64,000 bases of DNA from Phormidesmis sp. GTDB taxonomy: Bacteria; Cyanobacteriota; Cyanobacteriia; Leptolyngbyales; Leptolyngbyaceae. Position 1 is the first letter of the stretch; the number at the start of each line of letters is the position of its first letter. The stretch covers positions 2,176,001 to 2,240,000 of the forward strand of contig CBDFJR010000002.1 in assembly GCA_965248535.1 (NCBI GenBank), read 5' to 3'. Shown here piece after piece: positions 21,016-31,734 of this stretch. Position numbers and translations under genes: made by a program. Under the pieces are notes generated by a model that worked only from the letters and a program-made list of their open reading frames with translations, was not told the DNA's origin and did no database searches.

Positions 21016-22623
21016 GTGTTTGAAAGCGGGACAACGGGCGTGAGGGCTGAAGAACGATCGGCGATCGGCATGGCTTTGCAGCAGCAAGAGCAAGAGTTTG
21101 AAACCACCTTTGACCTAGCAGGGGTCGGCATTGCTCACGTTAGCACCACAGGGCAATGGCTTAGAGTCAATCAGCAACTCTGCGAGATCGTTGGCTATTC
21201 TCACCAAGAGTTGGCGCAGAAAACCTTTCAAGAAATTACCCACCCTGAAGATCTCGCCTCTGATCTGGAGCTTATGCACCAACTGCTGGCGGGTGAGATT
21301 CCTGATTACTCGTTAGAAAAACGATATATCCACAAAAACGGTAGCCTGATTTGGATCAATCTCACGGTTTCTTTGGTGCACAAACCGGATGGCAATCCTA
21401 AATATTTCATTTCAGTGATTAAAGATATCGGCGATCGCAAGCAGGCTGAAGCCGAACGGAAGCGCTATGAAGCGGAACTCAAACAAACCAGAGACGAGAG
21501 CGATCGCTTCTTTACACTCTCGCTCGATCTGCTCTGTGTCGCAGGCATGGATGGCTACTTTAAGCGCATCAACCCCGCATTTGAACGGATTTTGGGCTAC
21601 AGCGCTGACGAATTGCTGGGCCAACCCTTTTTAGAATTTGTGCACCCTGACGATCGGGCCACCACGCTGGCACAAGTGGAGACGCTCCTCGGCGGAGCCA
21701 CCACGATGCATTTTGAAAACCGCTATCGCTGTCAAGATGGCTCTTATCGGTGGCTCGACTGGGTGAGCGTGCCCGTTGTGTCAGAAGGTCTGATTTATGC
21801 CGTCGCCCATGATGTCACTCAACGCAAACAAGCCGAACTCGAAATTAAGCAGCTCAACGAAGACCTAGAGTCAAGAGTCAAACAGCGCACCGCTCAACTC
21901 GAAGCGGCTAACCGTGAGCTAGAGTCATTTTCTTATTCGGTGTCTCATGATCTGCGGGCACCTTTGCGGCACATCGCGGGGTTTGTGGGGTTGCTCAAAG
22001 CGCGACTCGCATTGTTTGATCTGGATGAAACCAGCGATCGCTACATCGCCACGATCGCCGAAACGACTCGACAAGCTGGGGTGTTGATCGATGATCTGCT
22101 GACCTTTTCGCGCATGGGGCGATCGGAGATGCACACCATCACCTTTAGCCTGGCAGAATTGCTCAAAGAAGTGAAGCGAGAAATTGATATCGATGCAGGC
22201 GATCGCGTCATTCATTGGAAAATTCACCCCCTTCCGGTGATTCAGGGCGATCCATCTATGCTCAGGCTGGTTCTCCGCAATTTGCTCGAAAATGCAGCCA
22301 AATACACCCGGTTAACTCCAAAAACCGAGATAGAATTTGGCAGCTTTGACCACCCAGATGAAATAATATTCTTTGTGCGGGATAATGGCATTGGTTTCGA
22401 TATGCGATATGTTGGCAAGCTGTTTGGCATCTTTCAAAGACTCCATGCTGGCACTCAGTTTGAGGGCACTGGCATCGGGTTAGCAAACGTCCAGCGCATC
22501 ATTCACCGTCACGGGGGGCGCGTCTGGGCCGAGGGAGAAGTCGAGCACGGAGCAACGTTTTATTTTTCGTTGCCCAAACATCGCACACAGCAACTAAACG
22601 GGTTACTGATCTCAGACCACTGA
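21016..22623 (+). CDS. Two-PAS sensor histidine kinase (Cph1-like kinase core)
   Basis: Two PAS/PAC domains, FSYSVSHDLRAPLR H-box, DNGIGF, GTGIGLA; ATG alternative start 21070. Confidence 0.92.
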   Translation: MFESGTTGVRAEERSAIGMALQQQEQEFETTFDLAGVGIAHVSTTGQWLRVNQQLCEIVGYSHQELAQKTFQEITHPEDLASDLELMHQLLAGEIPDYSLEKRYIHKNGSLIWINLTVSLVHKPDGNPKYFISVIKDIGDRKQAEAERKRYEAELKQTRDESDRFFTLSLDLLCVAGMDGYFKRINPAFERILGYSADELLGQPFLEFVHPDDRATTLAQVETLLGGATTMHFENRYRCQDGSYRWLDWVSVPVVSEGLIYAVAHDVTQRKQAELEIKQLNEDLESRVKQRTAQLEAANRELESFSYSVSHDLRAPLRHIAGFVGLLKARLALFDLDETSDRYIATIAETTRQAGVLIDDLLTFSRMGRSEMHTITFSLAELLKEVKREIDIDAGDRVIHWKIHPLPVIQGDPSMLRLVLRNLLENAAKYTRLTPKTEIEFGSFDHPDEIIFFVRDNGIGFDMRYVGKLFGIFQRLHAGTQFEGTGIGLANVQRIIHRHGGRVWAEGEVEHGATFYFSLPKHRTQQLNGLLISDH

Positions 22624-22713
22624 CCCTGACAATTTGACGACGCACTGCCGACTACTGCACTACCAAACGACTGCGGAACCTCGGACTACGAAGTAAGGAG
22701 TATCAACTCAGCA

Positions 22714-23178
22714 ATGCCAGAGCCGGATATGAGACGTATTTTGCTAGTCGAAGACAGTTCAAACGATGTGGAATTGATCCTGAACTCGCTGTCTGAAAAT
22801 CATCTAGCCAATGAAGTGGTGGTCGTGCGAGATGGCGAAGAGGCGCTAAATTATCTCTATCGTCGCGGTATCTTTAAAATGAGAATGGAGGGCAACCCGG
22901 TGGTGGTATTGCTCGATCTCAAGCTTCCTAAGCTAAATGGCATGGAAGTGATGACCCAACTCAAGGCCGATCCTGCGTTTCGCCTGATCCCGATCGTGGT
23001 CTTAACATCATCGCGAGAAGAGCCTGACCTGCTGCGCTGCTATGAATTAGGAGCCAACGCCTATGTCGTTAAACCAATCGATTTTCACGAGTTTGTCGAT
23101 GTCATTAAACAAGTCGGTCTATTTTGGGCGGTCGTAAACCAGCCGCCACCGGGATCGCTGCCCTCGATCGCTCGATAG
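22714..23178 (+). CDS. Rcp1-like response regulator
   Basis: ILLVED, LLDLKLPK..G, IPIVVLTSS, ANAYVVKP. Confidence 0.9.
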   Translation: MPEPDMRRILLVEDSSNDVELILNSLSENHLANEVVVVRDGEEALNYLYRRGIFKMRMEGNPVVVLLDLKLPKLNGMEVMTQLKADPAFRLIPIVVLTSSREEPDLLRCYELGANAYVVKPIDFHEFVDVIKQVGLFWAVVNQPPPGSLPSIAR

Positions 23179-23200
23179 TCCTGTCCGGTTTTCTAAAGCA

Positions 23201-23239
23201 CTGTAGAGTGGGCACTCGTGAAAAGTCCCCACTCTACAG
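23201..23239. repeat. Intergenic GTAG...CTAC stem-loop (REP-like)
   Basis: CTGTAGAGTGGGCACT-CGTGAAA-AGTCCCCACTCTACAG. Confidence 0.6.
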
Positions 23240-23275
23240 ACCCTCTAACGGATACGAATATCCCAGGAAAAGGTT

Positions 23276-25243
23276 ATGCCATCACTGCAATTTCTGCTGT
23301 TAGAAGATAGTGATCTAGATGCCGAACTGATTAAAGCCGTGCTAACAGCAGGGAACCTTGATTGTGAGTTAATGCTGGTGCAGACTCGACCCGCGTTTAT
23401 AGAAGCGCTCACAACTACAAACTTTGATTTGATTTTGTCTGATTATTCGCTGCCCAGCTTTGATGGACTTGCAGCGTTAGAAATCGCCCGCGATCTGTGC
23501 CCTGATGTGCCGTTTATTTTAGTGTCTGGCACTCTAGGCGAAGAATTAGCGATCGAGACCCTCAAAAGTGGCGCGACTGACTATGTGCTCAAGCAGCGAT
23601 TAGGGCGATTAATTCCTGCGGTGACTCGTGCCCTGAGAGAGGCTCAAGAACGCCGCAACTATCAGCAAGCCACTGCCGCGCTGCACCTGAGCGAACGCCG
23701 CTTTCGCACCTTAGCCGATGCCGTGCCCAACTTTATTTGGATCAATAATTCTCAAGGTGAGTCGGAATATTTCAACGCTCGCTGGCAGTCATTTACAGGC
23801 ATCTCATCCACAGCCACCCAAGGGCTAAACTGGGTCGCCATTACCCACCCAGACGATGCTGACCGGGTGGTCGAGACGAGAATGACGGGCATTCTGTCGG
23901 GCAACCCCTATGAAATTGAGTGTCGAATTCGTCGCTATGATGGGGTTTATCGGTGGCACCTAGTGCGGGTGGTGCCCTTCAAAGATGAGCAAGATCAGTT
24001 GCTCTATTGGTATGGCACGGCAACCGATGTGGATGACGCTAAACGGCTCTATCACCAGGCCGAAGAAGCCAATCGCATTAAAGACGAGTTTTTGGCCGTG
24101 CTCTCTCATGAACTGCGAACGCCGCTGAACCCGATCGTGGGTTGGTCAAAGCTGCTGCGGGCTAAACCCCATGACCCGGTGACGCTAGCGCGAGGGCTAG
24201 AAACCATTGAGCGCAATGCTCAAATTCAAACTCAGCTAATCGAAGATCTGCTAGATGTGTCGCGAATCTTGCGCGGCAAAGTAAGCTTAAATGCTCAACC
24301 AACCAATTTAGTAACGGTGATTGAATCGGCATTAGAAACCGTTCGGTTATCGGCAGAGGCAAAGTTTATAGACTTAGAGTTTAATTCAAGCGATCATACA
24401 GAAATGAATCAGCCTGACAATACAGGCTATATCGCCTTGGGTGATGCAGGTCGATTGCAGCAGGTGATCTGGAATTTATTGTCTAACGCGGTTAAATTTA
24501 CGCCCAATCGAGGTCGAGTTGAGATTGAACTGACAACTGAGGTTGGGATGAATAGTGCTGACGATCGCTATGCCAAAATCACAGTCCGCGACACGGGCAA
24601 AGGCATTGCTGCTCATTTTTTGCCCTATGTGTTTGAGTCTTTTCGGCAAGCAGACGGCAGCACCACGCGCACCTTTGGCGGTTTGGGGTTGGGGCTAGCG
24701 ATCGTGCGTCATTTGATCGAGCTTCATGGGGGCACTGTTGAGGCCGCGAGTCTGGGTGAAGAGCAAGGGTCAACCTTTGTGGTCAGGCTGCCGATGTTAA
24801 CGAGTGGTGGGCGACCCGTGCCGGAGCCAAAACAGGTCTCTCTGGCTTCGTCTCTGCCCTTGGTAGGTCTGCAAATTTTGATCGTTGACGATGAGCCAGA
24901 CACTCTGGATTGGATGACCGTTTTATTAGAGCAGTCGGGGGCGATCGTGCGGTCAGCTTCGTCAGTCGCAAGGGCGATCGCGGCGATCGCTGAGTTGAAA
25001 CCCAACATTCTTCTGAGCGATATCGGGATGCCTGGCGAAGATGGCTATATGCTGCTCAAACAGGTGAGAGCGCAAGAAGCTGAGGGTCATCAGATTCCGG
25101 CGATCGCCCTGACCGCCTATGCCAGAGCCGAAGATCGAGAACGAGCAATCTCGGCTGGGTTCCAAGATCATTTGACCAAGCCGATCGAGCCAAAACAATT
25201 GATTAGCGCGATTGCTAAACTCTGCTGCTCAGTTCAAGTTTAA
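23276..25243 (+). CDS. Hybrid histidine kinase (REC-PAS-HisKA-HATPase-REC)
   Basis: N-terminal REC, PAS, LSHELRTPL, GGLGLGL, C-terminal REC. Confidence 0.92.
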   Translation: MPSLQFLLLEDSDLDAELIKAVLTAGNLDCELMLVQTRPAFIEALTTTNFDLILSDYSLPSFDGLAALEIARDLCPDVPFILVSGTLGEELAIETLKSGATDYVLKQRLGRLIPAVTRALREAQERRNYQQATAALHLSERRFRTLADAVPNFIWINNSQGESEYFNARWQSFTGISSTATQGLNWVAITHPDDADRVVETRMTGILSGNPYEIECRIRRYDGVYRWHLVRVVPFKDEQDQLLYWYGTATDVDDAKRLYHQAEEANRIKDEFLAVLSHELRTPLNPIVGWSKLLRAKPHDPVTLARGLETIERNAQIQTQLIEDLLDVSRILRGKVSLNAQPTNLVTVIESALETVRLSAEAKFIDLEFNSSDHTEMNQPDNTGYIALGDAGRLQQVIWNLLSNAVKFTPNRGRVEIELTTEVGMNSADDRYAKITVRDTGKGIAAHFLPYVFESFRQADGSTTRTFGGLGLGLAIVRHLIELHGGTVEAASLGEEQGSTFVVRLPMLTSGGRPVPEPKQVSLASSLPLVGLQILIVDDEPDTLDWMTVLLEQSGAIVRSASSVARAIAAIAELKPNILLSDIGMPGEDGYMLLKQVRAQEAEGHQIPAIALTAYARAEDRERAISAGFQDHLTKPIEPKQLISAIAKLCCSVQV

Positions 25244-25296
25244 TTCTCCCTACAAAAATGGGGCACAGCAACGCCGCACCCCTAGAAATCTATTAG

Positions 25297-25569
25297 ACCT
25301 CCGGCATAAATAGAATTTTAGAGATAAAAGGCATTGGGAATAAGCCCAACCGCGCCAAAGCTATCATCGGCTACCTCTCCCGCTACCGCCTCGACACCTT
25401 CGCGCACCCCCACTGGACAGCCTATCTTCATCTCCTCGCTCACCGCGATCGCGCCGACCTCATGCAAGACCTCGCTACGCTGCATCCTGCCATTTCTCAT
25501 CTCGGCGGAGAAGCCGCCATCCGAGGCCTGGTCGATGCCATGCGCGACGTATGCAATCAATGGAAATGA
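25297..25569 (+). pseudogene. Start-less C-terminal remnant resembling cyanobacterial NB-ARC/STAND repeat proteins
   Basis: Frame not in ORF track: ...WTAYLHLLAHRDRADLMQDLATLHPAISHLGGEAAIRGLVDAMRDVCNQWK*; in-frame TAG at 25294, no start upstream of the homologous part. Confidence 0.55.
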
Positions 25570-25614
25570 GGCAGAAGCGATAAACTGAAAGTGAATCTGT
25601 ATCCCCGATCGCCC

Positions 25615-25851
25615 ATGCTCACCCAAGAATTAGAACAACAACTCCTTGGTCTTGAACCCGAAGAAAAACAGCGGCTCATTCAACTCCTCAGCGAAAGTCT
25701 CCCCGCCTCCAATCCAGCCTCAACTTCCCAACCTACTCCCCAAAGTCTTGTCGAATTCCTACAAAATTCCCCCCTCGCTGAAGCGCTTGCCAGTGGTGAA
25801 CTTGACCTCACCCGCGATCAAAGTCCTATCCCCGATCGCGTTAATCTATGA
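25615..25851 (+). CDS. Probable antitoxin (VapB-like partner)
   Basis: Small ORF overlapping the PIN gene (ATGA); ends ELDLTRDQSP.PDR. Confidence 0.7.
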   Translation: MLTQELEQQLLGLEPEEKQRLIQLLSESLPASNPASTSQPTPQSLVEFLQNSPLAEALASGELDLTRDQSPIPDRVNL

Positions 25852-26270
25852 CCTATTTGCTCGACACCTGTATCCTCTCAGAAGGTGCAGCGAAACAACC
25901 GAATCCCAACGTCATTCACTGGCTCACTACACAACCGATAGAGACGCTTTATCTCAGCGCAATCTCGATCGGCGAAATCTCCAAAGGGATCAACAAAATG
26001 CCAGAATCCCAGCGCAAAACTAATTTAGAAACCTGGCTCTACCAAGATTTACTCGTTCGCTTCGATTGCAGGATTCTCTCCCTGAATGTAGAGGTGATGC
26101 TAGCGTGGGGCGATTTGGTCGGCAAGCTGCAAACCCAAGGACTCGCCTTGCCCATTCTTGACTCACTCATCGCAGCCACCGCGATCCACCAGAGACTACG
26201 CCTAGTAACTCGCAACGAAAAAGACTTCAACAAAACGGGACTCACGATCGTGAATCCGTTTAACCCTTAA
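25848..26270 (+). CDS. vapC: VapC-family PIN toxin
   Basis: YLLDTCILSE, SIGEI.KG, DSLIAATA, LVTRNEKDF. Confidence 0.9.
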   Translation: MTYLLDTCILSEGAAKQPNPNVIHWLTTQPIETLYLSAISIGEISKGINKMPESQRKTNLETWLYQDLLVRFDCRILSLNVEVMLAWGDLVGKLQTQGLALPILDSLIAATAIHQRLRLVTRNEKDFNKTGLTIVNPFNP

Positions 26271-26312
26271 CTTGATTGTGCATCTCAGCGGAGCAGCCGC
26301 CATCCGAAGCAG

Positions 26313-26484
26313 TTAACGTCAGTTCGACGAGTTTTTCGCTTCGTTCTCGCGGCTTTTGCCCTCTAAATCCCCTGTTTTAGGGGACTTTAAGCCAACATTT
26401 CCGGTTCAAAGTCCCACTTGTGTGAGATTTAGGGGGCTTTCCGACTTCACCATCGCAGCGAACCTTCTATCGAACTGACGTTAA
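26313..26484. mobile_element. MITE-like element, 172 bp, with 15 bp perfect terminal inverted repeats
   Basis: TTAACGTCAGTTCGA (26313-26327) / TCGAACTGACGTTAA (26470-26484); internal CCCTCTAAATC...GATTTAGGGG palindrome. Confidence 0.7.
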
Positions 26485-26488
26485 ACCC

Positions 26489-28972
26489 CTAAGCAGCCAT
26501 CTCAACCGCAACTTTGGATTGTGCTCGGCTAACGTGCACCTGACCGTCTGGATCGATATCCACGATCGCCGCATCGCCTGTTTGAATCTGACCCGACAAG
26601 AACGCTTCTGCCAGGCTGTCTTCTAAAAGTCTAGCGATCGCTCGACGCAGCGGACGCGCCCCATAGCTGGGATTGTAGCCTTCAGAAACCACACGAGCTT
26701 TGAAGCGATCGCTGACCTCCAGCCCGATGCCCTGCTCACTCAACCGAGACGCAGCTTCGTAAATCAGCAGATCGGCAATTTGGGTCACCTCGTCGAGACT
26801 CAACTGACGGAAGACGATAATCTCGTCTAGACGGTTGAGAAACTCAGGACGGAAGTAGTTTTTCAACTCGTCGTTGACCTGGGTGCGAATGCGGCTATAT
26901 TGAGCCGAGTCTTGCGTCTCGGTCGAAATCTCAAAGCCCAGACCAGCGCCACCTTTCTCGATCGCCTTTGAGCCGAGGTTAGAAGTCATAATCAGCAGCG
27001 TGTTTTTAAAGCTGACGGTGCGACCTTTAGCATCGGTGAGATGACCTTCGTCTAACAGTTGCAGCAGCATATTAAACACATCGGGATGCGCCTTCTCAAT
27101 CTCGTCAAACAGCACCACGGTGTAGGGTTTGCGACGCACAGCTTCGGTGAGTTGTCCGCCTTCGTCATAGCCCACATAGCCCGGAGGCGACCCGATCAGT
27201 TTGGAAACGGTGTGAGACTCCATAAACTCAGACATATCGAGCCTAATCATCGCCTCCTCAGAGCCAAACACAGTAGCAGCTAAGGCTTTAGCGAGTTCGG
27301 TTTTGCCAACACCCGTGGGGCCAGAGAAGATAAAGCTAGCGATCGGGCGATCGGGACTTTGCAGCCCAACTCTGGCGCGCTTGATCGCCCGCGAGACGGC
27401 GGTGACGGCTTCCTGCTGTCCGATAATGCGCTCATGCAGGGTGTCTTCTAAGTGCAGCAAGAGGGCAGATTCCGATTCGGTGAGCTTGTTAACCGGAATG
27501 CTCGTCCAAGACGACACCACTTGAGCAATGTCTTCTTCGGTGACGATCGGAGACACCACCGGAGTTGATTCTCCTGACGTTTGCCCCCGCGCTGCTTGAA
27601 TTTGCGCTTCGAGTTCTAACTCACGATCGCGCAGTTTTCCAGCTTCGATAAAGTCTTGCGCTTCAACAGTGGCTTGTTTGGTCAGCTTGATCTGGCGCAA
27701 TTCTTGCTTGAGGGCTTTGGCTGGCGACTGATAAGAGTGTCTCAACCGCACGAGAGAACTCGCTTCGTCAATTAAATCGATCGCTTTATCAGGCAAGAAT
27801 CGATCAGTGATATAGCGATCGGAGAATTTAGCCGCCGCTATAATCGCAGCATTGCTAATCGTGAGTTGATGGTGTTGCTCATAGCGATCGCGCAGCCCAC
27901 GCAAAATCTCGATCGTTTCGTCAACCGACGGTTCGCCCACCATCACAGGTTGAAATCGTCGCTCTAGGGCAGCGTCGCGCTCAATGTGTTGGCGATATTC
28001 ATCCAGCGTCGTGGCTCCAATGCACTGGATTTCGCCTCTAGCCAAAGCTGGCTTGAGCAGATTAGCCGCGTCCATTCCGCCTTCTGTGCCGCCTGCGCCT
28101 ACCAGGGTGTGAATCTCGTCAATCACCAAAATGATGTTGGTAGACTGCCGCACTTCTTGCAGAATGTTGTTGAGACGCTCTTCAAAGTCACCCCGAAACT
28201 TGGTGCCTGCTAACAGAGACCCGATTTCTAAGCTGATGATCTGTTTGCCTTGCAGCAGTTCGGGAATGTCTTGATTATAAATTCGCAGCGCTAACCCTTC
28301 GGCGATCGCGGTTTTGCCGACTCCCGGTTCGCCCACTAACACCGGATTGTTTTTGGTGCGACGACCGAGAATTTGAATGACGCGATCGATCTCAGTTTGC
28401 CGACCGACGACGGGATCGAGTTTGCCTTCTGCGGCGAGGCGACTCCAGTTGGTGCCAAATTCCTCAAGGGCGGGGGTGCGATCGCTAGCAGACTTCTTGC
28501 CAGGACGCTCTTTGACATTGCCCGCCGGAACTGAGGCAATCTCACCCAGAGCGCGAATGATCTCGGTGCGAATCTGCGCGAGATCAACGCCAAAGTTAGT
28601 CAGCACCTTAGCGCCAACGCCTTGACTGTCTTGCACCAAACTGAGTAACAAGTGCTCAGGGTGGACGTAGCGATGATCAAGTTGGCGAGCCTGCTCAAAA
28701 GCGTTTTCTAGAATGCTGCGCGTCTTAGGCGTGAAGGGGAGATCTGCTAAGGTTGATCCCGTGCTTCTGCCGACGATTTTTTCGACTTCTAGGCGCGCTT
28801 TTTCTAAGGTGATGCCAAACTCATTGAGCACGGTGACGGCGATCGTGTCTTTCTGTCTGAGTAAGCCCAGCAGAACGGCCTCAGTGCCCACAGAGTTTTG
28901 CCGCAGGCGGCGAGCTTCTTCTTGGGCAAACATGATGGCAGCGATCGCCTGATTGGTGAAATTTTCAAACAT
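26489..28972 (-). CDS. clpC: ATP-dependent Clp protease ATP-binding subunit, ClpC-like
   Basis: Clp N repeats, two Walker A motifs ([16 protein letters not shown]), LGF ClpP-docking loop; appears to be a divergent paralogue. Confidence 0.85.
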   Translation of the reverse strand: MFENFTNQAIAAIMFAQEEARRLRQNSVGTEAVLLGLLRQKDTIAVTVLNEFGITLEKARLEVEKIVGRSTGSTLADLPFTPKTRSILENAFEQARQLDHRYVHPEHLLLSLVQDSQGVGAKVLTNFGVDLAQIRTEIIRALGEIASVPAGNVKERPGKKSASDRTPALEEFGTNWSRLAAEGKLDPVVGRQTEIDRVIQILGRRTKNNPVLVGEPGVGKTAIAEGLALRIYNQDIPELLQGKQIISLEIGSLLAGTKFRGDFEERLNNILQEVRQSTNIILVIDEIHTLVGAGGTEGGMDAANLLKPALARGEIQCIGATTLDEYRQHIERDAALERRFQPVMVGEPSVDETIEILRGLRDRYEQHHQLTISNAAIIAAAKFSDRYITDRFLPDKAIDLIDEASSLVRLRHSYQSPAKALKQELRQIKLTKQATVEAQDFIEAGKLRDRELELEAQIQAARGQTSGESTPVVSPIVTEEDIAQVVSSWTSIPVNKLTESESALLLHLEDTLHERIIGQQEAVTAVSRAIKRARVGLQSPDRPIASFIFSGPTGVGKTELAKALAATVFGSEEAMIRLDMSEFMESHTVSKLIGSPPGYVGYDEGGQLTEAVRRKPYTVVLFDEIEKAHPDVFNMLLQLLDEGHLTDAKGRTVSFKNTLLIMTSNLGSKAIEKGGAGLGFEISTETQDSAQYSRIRTQVNDELKNYFRPEFLNRLDEIIVFRQLSLDEVTQIADLLIYEAASRLSEQGIGLEVSDRFKARVVSEGYNPSYGARPLRRAIARLLEDSLAEAFLSGQIQTGDAAIVDIDPDGQVHVSRAQSKVAVEMAA

Positions 28973-29450
28973 CGAGACTTTCTCCACTAAGCTATGTCAG
29001 CTTAAGTAGGCAAAGCGCCTAACGTTAGACATTTTTGGGGCGGCTGTTGGGCAAAACCTTGAGAATGTGTCGTGGCGTGATCTGCACCTACTTAGTCAAA
29101 CGTTGACGGTCTTGGCAAAAACGGTGAATCAGGGATGTGAATAAGTCACTAACCGTCCATTCCTCAACACGTAAACTTTTCTTTCTTTATGTTTCCCTAA
29201 TGTAGCGAGGGCTAAACAGATGCAACTAGGGAGGAAAACCGCCGTAAAAGAGAACGGGTGAAGGACGGTCAGGGGAGGGGTTAGAGGCGGTTATTACCCT
29301 TGACTTGGGCAGGGTCTTATGAGCAAAATCTTAATATTTCTATCTCTTGAGAGACTTTAATTTCAGCGATATACTGCCTGCGAAGCGAGAACGTTCTTGC
29401 GTCAAAGACTCACCTCTCGATCGTGCACTAACTTTTGGAGACTTCTAAGA

Positions 29451-29718
29451 ATGAATATTATTGCTTGGGCTATTTTGGGCATTGTGGCAGGGGCGATCGC
29501 CAAGCTGCTTTACCCTGGCGATCAGGGTGGCAACATTCTCAGCACAATGATTTTGGGAATTCTTGGCGCATTTTTGGGCGGCAGTGTGGTGACGTTGGTG
29601 ACAACAGGCACGATTTCTCTAGCAACGCTTCCTGGGGTTCCGGGGCTGGTGGTGGCGATTTTGGGAGTCTATGATTGCGATCTTCTTGTGGGGATTGATC
29701 GCTCGCGACGTGGTTTAA
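29451..29718 (+). pseudogene. GlsB/YeaQ/YmgE (transglycosylase-associated) membrane protein with +1 frameshift
   Basis: MNIIAWAILGIVAGAIAKLLYPG...; removing one base near 29668 restores (A)MIAIFLWGLIARDVV*. Confidence 0.75.
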
Positions 29719-29949
29719 CTCATTCTGACTGACAAATTTTGAACTTTCCCTAGATTTAGTTCGGCTGTCAGCGTGCAGGTTTTCCGCGCCGGAAGGGTTC
29801 GCCGTGCTACCTGTGCGTGAGTCCTCCGGCTTAATTTTTGACACTTTGACAAAACCCCAACTTCAGATTGTTTACAAACGGTGCGTCTTGATCTAAACAG
29901 ATAGATGGAAAACGAATCTCTAAGCCGCGATCGTCAGTGAGAATTTGAT

Positions 29950-31425
29950 ATGTATATTGTGCAAATTGCATCGGAATGCGCCCCCGTCATCAAGGCTGGA
30001 GGGTTAGGCGATGTCGTCTATGGCCTCAGTCGAGAATTAGAAAATCGCGGCAACACCGTCGAGCTAATTTTGCCGATGTATGACTGCATGAGATTCGATC
30101 ACATTTGGGGGTTGCACGACGCTTACCGCGATTTGTCAGTGCCTTGGAATGGGGGCGCGATCGTCTGTGACGTTCACTGCGGTTGGGTGCATGGGCGATT
30201 GTGTTTCTTTATCAAGCCTAAGTCAGAAGAAGGGTTCTTCGATCGCGGCGTTTACTATGGCAGTTCAGATGACACGATGCGGTTTGCTTTCTTTAGCAAA
30301 GCCGCTTTAGAATTCTTACTCAGAAGCAATAAACGACCGGATGTGATCCACTGCCACGATTGGCAAACGGGATTAATTCCCGTGATGTTGTTCGAGATTT
30401 ATAAATATCATGGCATGGCTGATCAGCGCGTTTGCTATACCATTCACAATTTCAAGCATCAGGGCATTACTGGAAGTGACATTCTTAAAGCCACTGGGCT
30501 AAATCAAGAGGATTATTATTTTCAATACGATCGCTTGCGCGATAACTTCAATCCTTTCGCGCTCAATGTGATGAAAGGCGGCATTGTCTACTCAAATTTT
30601 GTCAATACGGTGTCCCCCCATCACGCTTGGGAAGCGCACTACACCGAAGTTGGCTGTGGGTTGAGTCACACGATTCACCTCAACGAAGAGCGATTTTCGG
30701 GAATTCTCAACGGCATTGACGATCAGTTTTGGAACCCAGAGAGCGATCGCTACATTCCATCTCACTACAGCAAAGATGATTTGACCGCCAAAGCAAAAAA
30801 TAAAAAGGCGTTGAGAGAGCGTCTGTTGCTGCAAGATTCAGATAAGCCGCTCATTTGTTATATCGGGCGGTTAGATGAGCAAAAAGGTGTTCATCTTGTT
30901 CATCACGCGATTTATTATGCCCTCAAAAAAGGGGCACAGTTTGTCTTATTGGGGTCAGCAACCGAGCCGGGAATTAATGCCAAGTTTCAGCACGAAAAAG
31001 CATTTCTCAATGAGAATCCCGACTGTCATTTAGAGTTAGGCTTCAACGAAGAATTATCTCATTTAATCTATGCCGGAGCCGATATGATTGTCGTCCCTAG
31101 CAACTATGAGCCATGCGGATTGACGCAGATGATTGGGCTGCACTATGGCACCGTTCCGATCGTGCGAGGCGTTGGTGGTTTATTGGATACAGTCTTCGAT
31201 CGAGACTATGATTCCAGTCAGCCGCCCCAAAAACGCAACGGCTATGTGTTCTACCAAACCGACGAAAAAGCCCTAGAATCGGCGATGGATAGAGCGATCG
31301 GGCTTTATCAACACGCCCCCGAAGAGTATGAACAACTGGTCATTCAAGGGATGAACTATGACTATTCATGGCACAATCCGGCCGAGGAATATTTGAAGAT
31401 TTACGAGTTTATTCGTCACAAATAA
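29950..31425 (+). CDS. glgA: Glycogen synthase
   Basis: KAGGLGDV, HCHDWQTG, GILNGID, PSNYEPCGL.Q. Confidence 0.95.
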   Translation: MYIVQIASECAPVIKAGGLGDVVYGLSRELENRGNTVELILPMYDCMRFDHIWGLHDAYRDLSVPWNGGAIVCDVHCGWVHGRLCFFIKPKSEEGFFDRGVYYGSSDDTMRFAFFSKAALEFLLRSNKRPDVIHCHDWQTGLIPVMLFEIYKYHGMADQRVCYTIHNFKHQGITGSDILKATGLNQEDYYFQYDRLRDNFNPFALNVMKGGIVYSNFVNTVSPHHAWEAHYTEVGCGLSHTIHLNEERFSGILNGIDDQFWNPESDRYIPSHYSKDDLTAKAKNKKALRERLLLQDSDKPLICYIGRLDEQKGVHLVHHAIYYALKKGAQFVLLGSATEPGINAKFQHEKAFLNENPDCHLELGFNEELSHLIYAGADMIVVPSNYEPCGLTQMIGLHYGTVPIVRGVGGLLDTVFDRDYDSSQPPQKRNGYVFYQTDEKALESAMDRAIGLYQHAPEEYEQLVIQGMNYDYSWHNPAEEYLKIYEFIRHK

Positions 31426-31439
31426 GCTTGTGGTCGGGC

Positions 31440-31538
31440 GATCGACTCATTAATCGGTGTCTAAATCTAGCGATGAACGTAATGAATTCTGTCAATTTTG
31501 TTTTGGAGATCAGCAGCGATGATCCAAGTAAAGAGTGA
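31440..31538 (+). pseudogene. C-terminal remnant of a PIN-type toxin
   Basis: DRLINRCLNLAMNVMNSVNFVLEISSDDPSKE* overlapping the next gene; resembles the D.RL...MNP..F end of PIN proteins. Confidence 0.5.
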
Positions 31539-31734
31539 ACAACAGATCTTACAGGAAGGATTACAAATTCTTCTATCAAATATGGAGCCATCCGAGGTGG
31601 CTCGGTTTTGGGCAGCCTGCAATTTAGGAGGGAGTAACTATCTCAACTTGAAGGATGAACTTTTTGCACAAGAATCAGTAGATAGTCTATATTCCAAAAT
31701 TCTAGATTTTCAGTCGTCGGCACAGGAAGTCTAA
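31519..31734 (+). CDS. Small hypothetical protein, probable antitoxin-type partner
   Basis: 71 aa, MIQVKSEQQILQEGLQILL...VARFW...G..NY. Confidence 0.6.
   Translation: MIQVKSEQQILQEGLQILLSNMEPSEVARFWAACNLGGSNYLNLKDELFAQESVDSLYSKILDFQSSAQEV

Noticed and set aside
25318..25626. ORF-track proteins 25334-25588 (+) and 25318-25626 (-)
   Set aside because: Shadow frames; the third plus-strand frame gives the recognisable gene remnant.
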